64,000 nt of DNA. Source: Eledone cirrhosa (lineage: Eukaryota). The DNA lies in assembly GCA_964016885.1 (NCBI GenBank), contig OZ024742.1, positions 81,840,001 through 81,904,000 of the forward strand, read 5' to 3'. Within the stretch, counting starts at the first letter, position 1. Every line of letters starts with the position of its first letter. A program made the translations under genes and the position numbers. Below are positions 13,401 through 27,139 of this stretch, one piece after another. The notes under the pieces are model-generated. The model had not been told where the DNA came from. It searched no databases and saw only the letters and a program-made list of their open reading frames with translations.

Positions 13401-13622
13401 TGGTCCTTGAAAGACAAAAATATTAACTATAACATCTCTTGGAGAAAAGTTTGTCCTGCCTCTGCCTACTTGAATGCCTCCCTATCCAGAACATGTAATC
13501 CTTGCCTATCTGAGAAATGTACCATTATATCTAATCTCAATTCTATAATAAATAGACGCACTGATTTATTTTCTCTCTGCTTGCATAAATTCCACAGAAC
13601 ATTCCATAAAGTATACAGCTAA
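13401..13622 (+). pseudogene. PLE GIY-YIG endonuclease C-terminal fragment
   Basis: WSLKDKNINYNISW...RTCNPCLSEK...IINRRTDLFSLCLHK matches the CxxC-xx-EK...N-R...CxH pattern of PLE (Naiad-like) endonucleases. Confidence 0.75.
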
Positions 13623-14788
13623 TATCTAATACCTTACTAGTTTAAAATCCCTTTTCTCAAAGGCTTATATATCTTTTAAAAATATACATATCTTTCTACC
13701 TTATTTCAATATTATTTATTATATATTATATAATACAAGTTACTCATTCTATATTATTCCTCTTTATCACTTTCCTTTCTTCCTCTTTTCTTTTTTAATT
13801 TCTAACCTCTAATCTGTACTTTTTCTTCCTAACTACTTCTCAATTCTTATTATTACTCACCACAACATTGTCCATTCTTCCATCTTTCTTCGTATCATTG
13901 GCCATAAACATTATTATTTTTTTAATACATTATAGTATTACCTTTAATAGTCCTTCTTAAACATAAACATTTCTTTTTTACGTTAGATTTTTCTTCCTTA
14001 AATTCCTTATCTCTTACTTTCATGCTCATTTGACGTTTACATATTACAATACATAAAAACAAACTTAAACCCTAACTAATTTCTTTTAATATATTATATC
14101 ATTACCATTAGGAAATATTTCGTAAACATATATATTTTTTTATGTTAGATATTTTCTTCCTTAAATATTCTTTTCTTCTTTGCTTTCTGCGCTCTTTTTT
14201 AAAAAAAACTATTTACGTACATATATTACGCACACATATTACATTACATAAAAACAAACTTTAACGCTAACTAATTCCTCTAAATTCATGACTCATTCAT
14301 CCTTCTACTTCTTTTCACATTATATCCTTAATAACATTAATATTTTTATTTTAATAATACATATTAATAATTTCTTTTCCTCGCACATATTATTAAACCC
14401 TTCAATATACAAAACTTAATTTAATATTATTCTTAATCGGTTTTTCTCTTAATGCATAAACCTCATTAACTTTTAATTTCAAATTCTTTTAAATTATCTA
14501 TTATCTTCCAACGGCTTTTTAACTTCTCTCTGTGAGACAATATATTTTTTTCTCAGTTGTAAAGGCTATCTGTCTCTCTCTATCACCCATCTCTACTCCT
14601 CTCTCATCCTTCCTTATTATACTCCTCCCCCACCATTCTTTACTCTCATATCCTCCTCTTCCTTACCTTTTCCACCACAACCCTCACTTTTTCCCAATCT
14701 CATACATCAATCTTAAATTATTTTTCATATGTTGATTTAAAACTTCACTATTCACAAGTGTTTTTTAAGCTTCATATCATGTATCCCT

Positions 14789-14857
14789 ATTTTATCTGAT
14801 GAAAACGCATATATCATCACATGATGATATTTGTTTTTGAAATGCTTATAATAAAAT
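14789..14857 (+). ncRNA. Type I hammerhead ribozyme motif in PLE pLTR (mirror copy at 13194-13262, minus strand)
   Basis: attttat CTGATGA aaac..tatcatc-acat-gatgata..gtttt GAAA tgctta TA ataaaat. The mirror copy retains the palindromic stem III atgcgcat but has GTGATGA. Confidence 0.7.
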
Positions 14858-14977
14858 ACTTGGAACATTTTTAACCATCTTTTGATCTTATATTATTTAT
14901 ACTCCAGTCCTACAAACTGTAGAGTGCTACTTATCCGATATCTGCATTGCTTTATTGTGCTACAATAAAACTCACCT

Positions 14978-15781
<804 letters not shown>

Positions 15782-15795
15782 ATATATATATATAT

Positions 15796-16315
15796 ATTAT
15801 AAGCGTAAACATGTAAGTATGTTTTTTAAACGGTGCGCGAGTTTGAAATTAGAAATTAGAAATTATAAGCTTTCTCCGTATTTTAGACTAAATAAATTTC
15901 TAGCCTGATAGTGGGGTTTATAACCCTCGGAGAAATGGAAAAAGATGAGTGTTGCCGTACATGGGAGTCGAACCCACATCTTTGGTTATCCAGACCACTG
16001 TGCTACCATTACACCAATACACATCCCATCTCTTTCCATTCGAATTAGAAGCTATGAACTTAGCAAGTGAATGATAAACAAGCAAATTATAAGCGTAAAC
16101 ATGTAAGTATGTTTTTGAAACGGTGCGCGAGTTTGAAATTAGAAATTAGAAATAAGCTTTCACCGTATTTTAGAATAAAGAAATTTCTAGCCTGATAGTG
16201 GGGTTTATAACTCTCGGAGAAATGGAAAAAGATGAGTGTTGCCGTACATGGCAGTCGAACCCACATATTTGGTTATCCAGACCACTGTGCTACCATTACA
16301 GACCACTGTGCTACA
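15796..16315 (-). repeat. 290-bp tandem repeat (~1.7 units) containing a tRNA-like sequence
   Basis: Units start at 15796 and 16086. Confidence 0.85.
15954..16023 (-). pseudogene. tRNA-derived sequence / pseudo-tRNA (apparent anticodon GGA)
   Basis: Reverse complement: tgtgtat TG GTGT AATGGTA GCAC A GTGGT CTGGATA ACCAA AGAT GTGGG TTCGACT CCCAT GTACGGC. A and B boxes are intact and the acceptor stem is imperfect. A truncated second copy lies at 16241-16300. Confidence 0.7.
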
Positions 16316-18578
16316 TGTATTTATATATGTATGTACATTTATCTTTCTATGTGCATGAGTATGATTACATATATGTGTGTGTGTGTGTTTGTGTGCGCGT
16401 GTGTTGTGCATGTATGTGTGTGTGTGGGGGGTGGGGGGTATGTGTGCGTCTGTCTATATATACGTATCAGTATGTATATATAATTGATTAACTGCAGAAA
16501 TACGTATCAATATGTAAACGTATAAAGCATGAGGTGAAATGGTCAGCAAGAAATTAGGTTTAGTGCGTCTCTTTATCGCACTATATCCCTCTCTTCTTAT
16601 GTTTATAAGTGTATGTATCATATACATGTGGTTATGTGTCTTTGATCACATACTATTTATCTTTGATCACATACTATTCATCTGTTTATTATAGCCTAGT
16701 TAAGGTGTGTTAAGCTGTAAAAGATAGCGAGCTGTGGTGACAGAATATAATATATTTTTTCCGTGTTCATTGTTCTAAATGGTTCTCTTTTTATAACTAA
16801 CTTTCATTATCTTCAAATATCTAATCATTCTTCACATTCTTCTTAGTACTGTTTATGTTATTTTATATATTTTCCTCTACATATGTTTTCTACTTGTATT
16901 TTTATTCTTTTATTTTTCTTTGATTGTGAATTCTAATAACTTGTATGCTATATTTATTTATTTATTTGGGAACGTGTCCAGTTAATTATTTTCAAGAATT
17001 TATATATCATACGAATAAAGGTTATAGTTCATAGTTTCTGAAAAAGATTGTGAGATGGATGCAGACATTGAGCCTAATGATATGTGCTTATATATCCATT
17101 ATTAGTTAGTTAATATATCGATTAATCATGATCAATCAAACTTCTGAAGCGGTCGTAAAAAAAATGAACAGTTTAAGCGCCTAACTTCGCCTTTTGTTTA
17201 CATTGTTCAACACACATAAAGACACACACTGATATATATATGTATGTGTGTGTGTACGTGTGCTTGTATGTGTGTGTGAGCATGTGCATGCGTGTGTGTG
17301 TGTGTTTGTGGGGGTGGAGGAACAAACTTAAGGTGTAACGTAAATTATCGAGACGGAGCGTTGGTAGAATGTGGAGTTCATAGAAAGAGAGAAACTCTAA
17401 CGCAAGAAATAGCGGTTTAAACAGCCGAATACCCCTAACATATCAATAGTTTATGATTTAGGCACGGGTACAACAATTTGTTGTGAGTGGTATCGATGGA
17501 TTCCCTCGGATTACACTGCCAGATATTTTGTTTCGTGTTTAGCTTGTGTATATATGCCCCAATAGGAAGAGATAAACAAGGAGAGAGAGAGAGGGGGAGA
17601 TATAGAGATGTTCCAGTATATATAATTTCATCCACACACTTGTCATATTGTAGATAAATACAAAACAAAAATTCTTGCGCGATAAGTTCTTTCACCATCG
17701 ATGTTCCTCCCACTTGTATTAAATAACATCATATTAAATCGAAATAATTTGTTTAATACTGAACATTTCAAACTATATTAAGCTATTCCTCTTTTCGTGT
17801 TATGATATAATTTCATATTACAAGACAACGTTTGCATAAATTGATTTTGGTAGAGATTAATCTAATATGTAATTTAATAATTTGAATATATAATGCACGA
17901 ATGCATTATTTGGACTAGGGGAAATTTCTATTTTGGAAATAGTCTTACATAATCGTATTTTAGATATATAACTCATTAACCATCACTAATATTTCATCTG
18001 TTTTCTTTTATTTATCATTAGAGGTTTAAAGTAGCAATGACAAGTAATTATTTTCACTATAAAAAAACATTTCAATTTCCAGATAAATTTTGCATAAATC
18101 CTCTAAATTTGACGTAAAAAAAAATTACTTATTCTACATCATATATTATTCTCATGTATACCAACATTTTATTTCATAATTACTGAATAAACTGAATGCA
18201 AAACAAAATGAAATGACATATAATGGTTTTTGTGTTGCAGATTTTAACCTCAGATAACCCTAGAGAATATGCTAGTGCATACGTGAGGAATGATGGAATT
18301 ATTTCATTATTTTGGCTATATTTACATGTCGATATGAGGCCGATTCTCCTGCAGCTAGGTGGTATGGTCCTGAATACGAACAACTACTCTCGTAGTGGTT
18401 CTCTATCACTGGAAGCCATATTGCCTACGAGGTTGTGAAGCAATTTTCTGAAGAAGATATTTCTATTGGGAAACTAAAATGAAATCAAAGAGGTACGTTG
18501 GCATCTTATAGGTAAGCACGGCAAGGGAGGCACTTCAAATGTCAAATAATAATGCGTAAGATTTATATATAACTAAAG

Positions 18579-21066
18579 CAGTGGTTCTTAACCTTTTTAC
18601 TTGTTCGCACCCCATTCAATTCACCAGCCAGTTCTCGCACCCCCTTCCAGAATTGATGAAAAGCAATATTGATATCATAACCATAATGTGTAAGTAACAA
18701 AACAATCATGTATTTAATTCTTTATTTACAATACTGACAACAAAATAATGCATTGCAGGATTACAAAAATCAAGATTACATTCATACTAGTAAAAAAACG
18801 AAATAACATTGTGCTTGTACTATGCATGGTGTGCTGTGAATTATTGTGGCTGAGCTCCAAATTCAGTGACTTTGTTGCTGTTGCTTTCCATTTATGATGG
18901 CATCAAATCTTGGTGTATTGGTGCTGAGTGCCACTCGCATGTCGTGTTGAGGATCCAGCCGATTTCGGCTCTTGGTTTTGATGTGAAGCAGACAGAAAAA
19001 TCCAGTCTCGCAGAGGTAAGTAGTCGCGAAAGGCGTGAGCACAGTGAGAGCCTTCTTTGCCAGTGCAGGATACGTTTCCAACTGAGAAGCCCAGAAGTGC
19101 TCCAAGTGACCATCGGTAAACTCCATTTGCATTCCACGATTGTTTCTGAGTTCGATGAGATCTTCCTTGATGTTGCTATCATCATCAACATCTTCCATAT
19201 TATGCTTAAAAGGGTGCCGGATCCAGTCGTCACAGGGTTTTAGCTCTCCACACGAGAAGTAGTCATCAAATGAGGTGCACAGTATCTGCAGATGTTCAAT
19301 AATTTTTGAAACAAAATCTTGATGTAGGCAAGCATCCTCTGTTACTGTTTCTTCAAGGGAAGGAAAATTTGCCAAGTTCCCTTTCTTTAAACGCCTAATC
19401 CACAAAACAATTTTGTCTTTGAATGTAGCCAACTTCTCACTTGCAATCAAAATGTTCATCCCCTTCCTTGTAGTGAGCGATTGAGCTCATTGAGTGCTGT
19501 GAACACATCAGCCAAATAGGCAAGCATTTGAATAAATTCAGGATCATCAAAATATCCAGCCAGTTCTTGTACCAGTCCGTGGAGAAACTGCTGAATTTCT
19601 TCTCGCAATTCAAACATACGAGATAGCACACGCCCACGTGACAGCCACCTCACTTCGGTATGGTACAACAGCACAGTGTGTTCCTGACCCACTTCCTCAC
19701 AAAATAACTGAAACTGTCGATGATTCAGAGCACGACCACGAATCATATTCACGATCTTCACACAAATCTCCAAAGTCTTTTTCAGGTATGGGGGCAATGT
19801 TTTTGCTGCAAGAGCCTGCCGATGAAGAAAGCAGTGGGTAATCTTCAGTTCAGGAATTTCTTTTCTCATCAATGCAGCAAACCCTGAACGATTGCCTAGC
19901 ATGGCTGGTGCACCATCAGTACATATGGAACCAATCTTGTCAAGATGAAGTTGGTATCTTGTGAAGAATTCTTTTATCATACTGAACACATCTATGGCTT
20001 TAGATGTTGTGTTCAGTGAGTTACAGAAAAGAAAACTTTCTTCCACTTTATTGTTCTTCACGTACCGGACTAATACCAATAGCCGACAACAATTTGACAC
20101 ATCTGTTGACTCATCCACTTGTAGGCTAATCTTTACTGGACTGGCCTTGATGTCTGCAATAACTTGCTCCAGGATATCATCACTCATGTTGATGATTCGG
20201 TTACGGATCACATCATTTGATAAAGACACTTGTTGCAGTTTCCTCGCAGCTTCCTGACCGAGAACAGTCTTTGCCATTTCAAGGGTACACGGCTTGATCA
20301 ATTCCTCGGGAATCGTATGGGGCTTCTTTGACTTAGCAACCAGGTATGCAACGTGATAAGAAGCATGTAATAAAGGTTTCGCTGTTGGTATAAATCCGTG
20401 TGTCAGCAAAGTGCCGGCACGATCAAACCTAGCTCTTTTGACTCGTAATGTTGCAAGATCATTCTCTGCATCCTTGCCACCATGTCTGTTCTTAAAATGT
20501 TCGTCAAGCTTTGATGGCTTCAAATTTGCGTTGGAGAACATGGTGCTGCATAGGATACACTGTGGACGTTGTGTACCATCCTTCTCATCAGTAACACACG
20601 TGAAGCCATACTGAACATAGTCATCATTCCACCTTCGTTTTTTGGACATACTGATGATAAACCTGGAAAACAATAATTTTTATGAGCAAAAGTGAAGTTA
20701 CAATAAAAGCATAGTGTGCATGTCTGTGATACATGTCTATACCAGAGGCGCACATCCGGGAGGCGAGGGGGCGAGATCATTTCAGGTGTGGCGAAAATGA
20801 CCTTCGCCCCCAATAATTTTCAATGAAATGGACTCTCTGGCCATGTTTATGACAAATTTAATGAAAAAAATGCAAAATAATTTTATAAATTATCCCTAAT
20901 GCCAATTAGCACAATGACTTCTTGATTTCCAGAATTTTTCACTTTTTTCGGTTACCCGACCATTATTCTCGAAAAATTGTAAATTTACCCCAGGGTATCC
21001 TCGCACCCCCTAGGAAGCATTCTCGCACCCCTAGGGGGTGCGAGTACCCCTGGTTAAGAACCACTG
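18579..21066 (-). mobile_element. hAT DNA transposon, Buster/Charlie type, full length (2488 bp)
   Basis: Perfect 15-bp TIRs CAGTGGTTCTTAACC (18579-18593 / 21052-21066). Perfect 8-bp TSD AACTAAAG with central TA (18571-18578 / 21067-21074). Subterminal TCGCACCCC repeats at both ends. Confidence 0.97.
18863..20649 (-). pseudogene. Buster-type hAT transposase (~595 aa) broken by a single frameshift near 19459
   Basis: BED finger CILC...H...H, VDESTD, CTDGAPAM, HCFLH, EVRWLSRG and YLCETGF motifs. ORFs 19456-20673 and 18863-19459 join with +1 nt in a G run (LQGRG|MNIL). Confidence 0.95.
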
Positions 21067-21074
21067 AACTAAAG

Positions 21075-21390
21075 GGTAACCAATAATTTTCTGAATAACC
21101 TTTGATGTTGAACAACGATACCGAGCCACTCATGTCATATATGAATTACAGCTTTTTTGTCAGCACACAATGATATAGGAATCTGTGCATTGTTTCAAAT
21201 TGAAGACAACATAATTCTTACAATAGTTGGCTATATGTTTGAACAAGAGAGGATCTACAGAGAAACTCCTAAACCTGGGTACAGAACACATCGTCCTTGT
21301 TAGAGAATACTGACAAAGTCCCACAAGATCTGAACAAAGAAGCTGATGATTCATGCTTTCACGATAGAGGACGAAACAACTGGGTTACAT
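21075..21390 (+). mobile_element. Possible decayed PLE 3' fragment (GIY-YIG start plus HHR-like motif at 21343-21386)
   Basis: ATHVIYE...C...(Y)IG-like broken translation, followed by CTGATGA ttc...ggac GAAAC aactgg GTT before (TA)n. Confidence 0.4.
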
Positions 21391-21398
21391 ATATATAT

Positions 21399-24300
21399 AT
21401 AATACTATAATGAAATGACAGGAGGCTGGATTTGCGTAAATCCTTGAAAGGTTTATTATACTATGATCATTTCAATGACCGGGTTCCGTATGAATCCGTT
21501 GATATCATCAGGTATTCAAAATATAATACGTGAATGTAATAGATAAAATCCATGGGGCTGAAAATGGCGGACCCGAAGGCGACCGCTATCCAGCACCTTC
21601 TACCTTAGCCGGTCACCTTCGAGTGACGTGGCTAATACCTACAATGTGCTACTACCGGTCAGATAAAGGAAAACAGAAAGGGATGGGAACATAAGTTAGC
21701 GTTAATCTCATGCCACAAGACAAAAGAAAGAAAGAAAGGAAGAAGAGAGAAGAAGGGGGAAGGAAGAAGAAGAGAAGCCAGGGTTGATGTCAGCTATAAG
21801 AAGAAAGACAGAAAGAAAGAGGAAGAAAGGTCGGTATTACAGTCAGGCCAGGATTGTCGCGAAGAATTTTTTTTATTCTACGGGACCCGTATCTAAACAA
21901 CTACTACCGGTCAGATATAGGCAAACAAAAAGCGGAAGGAAGATAAGTCTGCGGGAGGAAGACAGAAAGAAGGTAGAAGAGAAGGAAGAAAAGGAAGAAG
22001 TAGAAAAGTCAGGGTTGATGGCTACAAGAAGGAAGATAGAAAGAAAGAGGAAGAAGGGTCAATATTAATGTCAGACTACAGTCAGGCCAGGAGTGGCGCG
22101 AGAAAATGTTCACAGGGACCCGTATCTTAGCAGAGGTAAATATAGTGAGGGTCAATGTGTTATAATGTGTGAGTAGAAGATTGGAACGTTACGTTTTTGT
22201 TTAGACTTATAGGAAGAAGTTAAAAATTAATAATCAATATTCAATATCAAAGGAATTAGAAAATTCAAAGTCAAACATTTCTCCATCTTACTCCAACACC
22301 ACTCTTGTTGGTTTATTTACATATTTATATTTATATATTTATATATTTATATATTTATATATTTATACATTTATACCTTTGCTTTCCACGTATTCCACTT
22401 CTATGTATCCATGTATTTCTACTCCTCCTATTGGGACTTTTGCTCACGTGTACCCATTAGCACAGGACACTAGAATGTCGCACCCTGAGAACAAAAATAA
22501 ATATTACCCGACTATATCCCTTACTCTACATCCCACTAGGATGAATTATAGATCTACATATTACAATTAACGTTTCTTCATAAAAGACTCTCCTTAATTA
22601 AACCCCGCAACCCAAAACCTTAAAAAAGTTTTTTTTAAATGTTTAATTTTCAATTTTCTGTTTGTTCAATTCTCAATCTTCTTACTCTTTAATTTTATAA
22701 TGTTATTCTGAATTCTTTCAACTTCGTCCTATAAATTTAAACAATATTTTAAAGTTCCAACTTTCTGTCGGACTGTCGGGTGGGTTTCACTGGCGGCGCG
22801 ACCGGCCCCCTGGCGCATGGGCCTACCTTGAGTGCTTGGAAAAATAAATTTCCCCTTCTTTCGGTAAATGAAACTACTCGGAGTGACTTAATTCGCCCGG
22901 GCGCCCGGCGCGTGGCCCATTTTTTAACCGCCACATAGTACCTTTAAATTACAGATCAAATCAGAACTATTAGATATATCAACCTTAAAATGTTAGACGG
23001 TTTAACTTTAACTTTTCTAATTTCTTTAATATTAAATATTAATTATTTTTAACTTCATCCTATAAGTCTAAACAAAAACCTAACGTTCCAATATTCTGCT
23101 CACACATTATAACACACTGACCCCACTATATTTACCTCTGCTAAGATACGAGTCCCTGTGAACATTTTTAGCGCCACTCCTGGACTGACTGTAGTCTGAC
23201 ATTAATATCGACCTTTCTTCCTCTTTCTTTCTATCTTTCTTCTTGTAGCCATCAACCCTGACTTTTCTACCTCTTCCTTTTAATTAATGTTTCTTCACAA
23301 AATACTCTCTTTAACTAAACCACGCAACCCCAAACCTTAAAAAATTCTTTTTTAAATGTTTTTTTTTTAATGTTTAATTTTCAATGTTCTGTTTGTTCAA
23401 TTCTCAAACTTCTTACTCTTTAATTTTATAATGTTATTCTGAATTCTTTCAACTTCATCCTATAAATTTAGACAGTATTTTAACGTTCCAACTTTCTGTC
23501 GGACTGCTGGGTGGGTTGTCCCGGCGGCGGGACCGACTCCCTGGCGCATGGGCCTGCCTTGAGTGCTTGGAAAAATAAATTTCCACTTCTTTCGGTAAAT
23601 GAAACTACTCGGAGTGGCCTGATTCGCCCCAGGGGCCCTGAGCGCGGCTGGTTTTTAACCGCCACATAGTACCTTTAAATTACGAATCAAATCAGAACTG
23701 TTAGCTATATCAACCTTAAAATGTTATCTGTTTGACTTTGAATTTTCTAATTCCATTGATATTGAATATTGATTATTCATTTTTAACTTCATCCTATAAG
23801 TCTAAACAAAAACGTAACGTTCCAATCTTCTGCTCACACATTATAACAAACTGACCCCACTATATTTACCTCTGCTAAGATACGGGTCCCTGTGAACATT
23901 TTCTCGCGCCACTCCTGGCCTGACTGTAGTCTGACATTAATATCGACCTTTCTTCCTTTCTTTCTATCTTCCTTCTTGTAGCCTTCAACCCTGACTTTTC
24001 TGCTTCTTCCTTTTCTTCCTTCTCTTCTCCCTTCTTTCCGTCTTCCTCCCGCAGACTTATCTTCCTTCCCCTTTTTGTTTGCCTATATCTGACCGGTAGT
24101 AGTTGTTTAGATACGGGTCCCGTAGAATAAAACAATCTCTTCGCGACAATCCTGGCCTGACTGTAATACCGACCTCTCCTCCTCTTTCTTTCTGTCTTTC
24201 TTCTTATAGCTGACATCAACCCTGGCTTCTCGTCTTCTTCCTTCCCCCTTCTTCTCTCTTCTTCCTTTCTTTCTTTCTTTTGTCTTGTGGCATGAGATTA

Positions 24301-24600
24301 ACACTAACTTATGTTCCCATCCCTTTCTGTTTTCCTTTATCTGACCGGTAGTAAAACATTGTAGGCTTTAGCCACGTCACTCGAAGGCGACCGGCTAAGG
24401 TAGAAGGTGCTGGATAGCGGTCGCCCTCGGGTCCGCCATTTTCAGCCCCATGGATTTCATCTATTACATTCACGTATTATATTTCGAATACCTGATGATA
24501 TCACCGGATTCATACGGAACCCGGTCATTGAAATGATCATAGTATAATAAATATTTCAAGGATTTAAACAAATCCAGCCTCCTGTTATTTCATTATAATA
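21399..24600 (+). mobile_element. Large inverted-arm PLE-like element with internal ~720-bp tandem duplication
   Basis: ~21400-22277 is inverted relative to ~23727-24600. 22565-23280 repeats at 23282-24012. HHR motif near both outer ends. Confidence 0.8.
24488..24545 (+). ncRNA. Type I hammerhead ribozyme motif (mirror copy at 21458-21515, minus strand)
   Basis: atac CTGATGA tatcaccggattc-atacg-gaacccggtcatt GAAA tgatca TA gtat. Stem III is the palindrome atgatcat. Confidence 0.75.
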
Positions 24601-24750
24601 TTTAACTCCGTAATAGCACCACCAACTACAATAACAAAGACGGTTGAACTGCTTTACGTTGAGTACTCTCTATATTATTACATTGCGATTGACTATACGG
24701 AATAGACCAGCTCTATCCAGTGGTGAACCTCAAACCTGAATATATATATA

Positions 24751-25325
24751 TTAGAATTGGTGCTCTCAAATAGCGATGTATACCTGAATGTATATATAGT
24801 ATATTTGGCATATATACTGTATGCTTAATTAAATTCATTTTGAAGACCTTGCGCTATTTTTTTAATGTAGTGAATCTGTCACTTACTTCTTTTTTCAAAA
24901 AAACAAAGTGAGTAAGTGATATGGTCAATACATTAAAATAATAGCGCAAGGTCTTCAAAATACTTTTAATTAAGCAGACGGTATATTGCCAAATATACTA
25001 TATATACATTCATGTATACATCGCTATTTCAGAGCATCAATTCTAATTTTAAATCTTTGCTCTCCGGCAATCGCTTTGTATAATCGGTTCCTGATTATTA
25101 CTGGAATTCTATAAGAATTCAACATTTATAATTTTCAAGAGACAGAGCCAGTACTAAGCTCTGATGATTACCAACAGTATGAAACAGATCTGTCAGCTTA
25201 TCTCCCTTTCTTTGTTGAAAAAAGAAGTGAGTGACATAGTCACTACTTTAAAATAATAGCGCATGGTCTTCAAAATGCTTTTAATTAAGCATACAATATG
25301 TTGCCAAACATACTATATATTCATT

Positions 25326-25326
<1 letters not shown>
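24751..25326 (+). mobile_element. Short non-coding pLTR/retrozyme-like element: foldback plus partial tandem unit (~312 bp)
   Basis: 24751-24897 is inverted relative to 24900-25046. 25215-25326 is a direct copy of ~24900-25011. HHR in between, ending in (TA)n. Confidence 0.75.
25155..25200 (+). ncRNA. Type I hammerhead ribozyme motif with intact core
   Basis: taagct CTGATGA t-tac-caaca-gta-t GAAA c-agatct-g TC agctta. 6-bp stem I, palindromic stem III acagatctgt, GUC cleavage after 25194. Confidence 0.85.
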
Positions 25327-25395
<69 letters not shown>

Positions 25396-25414
25396 ATTAT
25401 ATATATATATATAT

Positions 25415-25477
<63 letters not shown>

Positions 25478-25496
25478 TATATATATATATATATAT

Positions 25497-26738
<1,242 letters not shown>

Positions 26739-26895
26739 GTATAGTATATATATTTAGGAATGTAACGTCAGTTACTGTAGGTTCACCAGTGGGAACTATC
26801 GATGCGTAGCTTCCAGTAAGTATTGAGGTATACTAAGCAGAGTGTAATAATAATACTAAAAAGGATGATTTATTATGTCTTCTTTACATTTATTG

Positions 26896-27094
26896 AGTAG
26901 TGAAGATCGGTTAACAATCGATCACCTCAAGGGTCGATCTTAATTGATCTAGCCCAACTCTGGAATCCAAAGATCATCAGCCGTCTGTTATGGGAATGAG
27001 AACAGAGGTCCGACGAGCTTTGGATTCTTGATTTGGGCTGGATCGATGGAGATCTAACTTTGACCTGATCGATAGCGAAACGCATGTCACTACT
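26896..27094 (+). ncRNA. Degenerate hammerhead motif with ~170-nt stem II hairpin
   Basis: agtagt [CT missing]GAAGA ...long hairpin... GAAAC gcat GTC actact. Confidence 0.55.
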
Positions 27095-27139
27095 GATTAA
27101 ACGTTATGAAGACATAACAATCCATCCTATTTATCTATT

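Larger units (their letters stand above)
13165..14890 (+). mobile_element. 5'-truncated Penelope-like element with inverted pLTR, GIY-YIG C-terminus and long AT-rich 3' region
   Basis: 13165-13402 is inverted relative to ~14647-14890. Coding remnant starts right at the inversion junction. HHR motif in both arms. Confidence 0.8.

Noticed and set aside
15954-16023. Functional tRNA-Ser(GGA) gene
   Set aside because: Mismatched acceptor and anticodon stems, non-purine at position 37, and no long variable arm.
18270-18430. Faint resemblance to a Cys-loop (nAChR or chemotactile-like) receptor ectodomain
   Set aside because: It needs a frameshift and stop read-through and lacks the second cysteine, so the similarity is too weak.
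18863-20673. Domesticated ZBED8/FAM200/SCAND3-like host gene
   Set aside because: Intact TIRs and TSD show it is a transposon copy.
21784-22068. Lys/Arg/Glu-rich ORF present in both inverted arms
   Set aside because: Low-complexity purine-rich sequence, antisense to the HHR strand.
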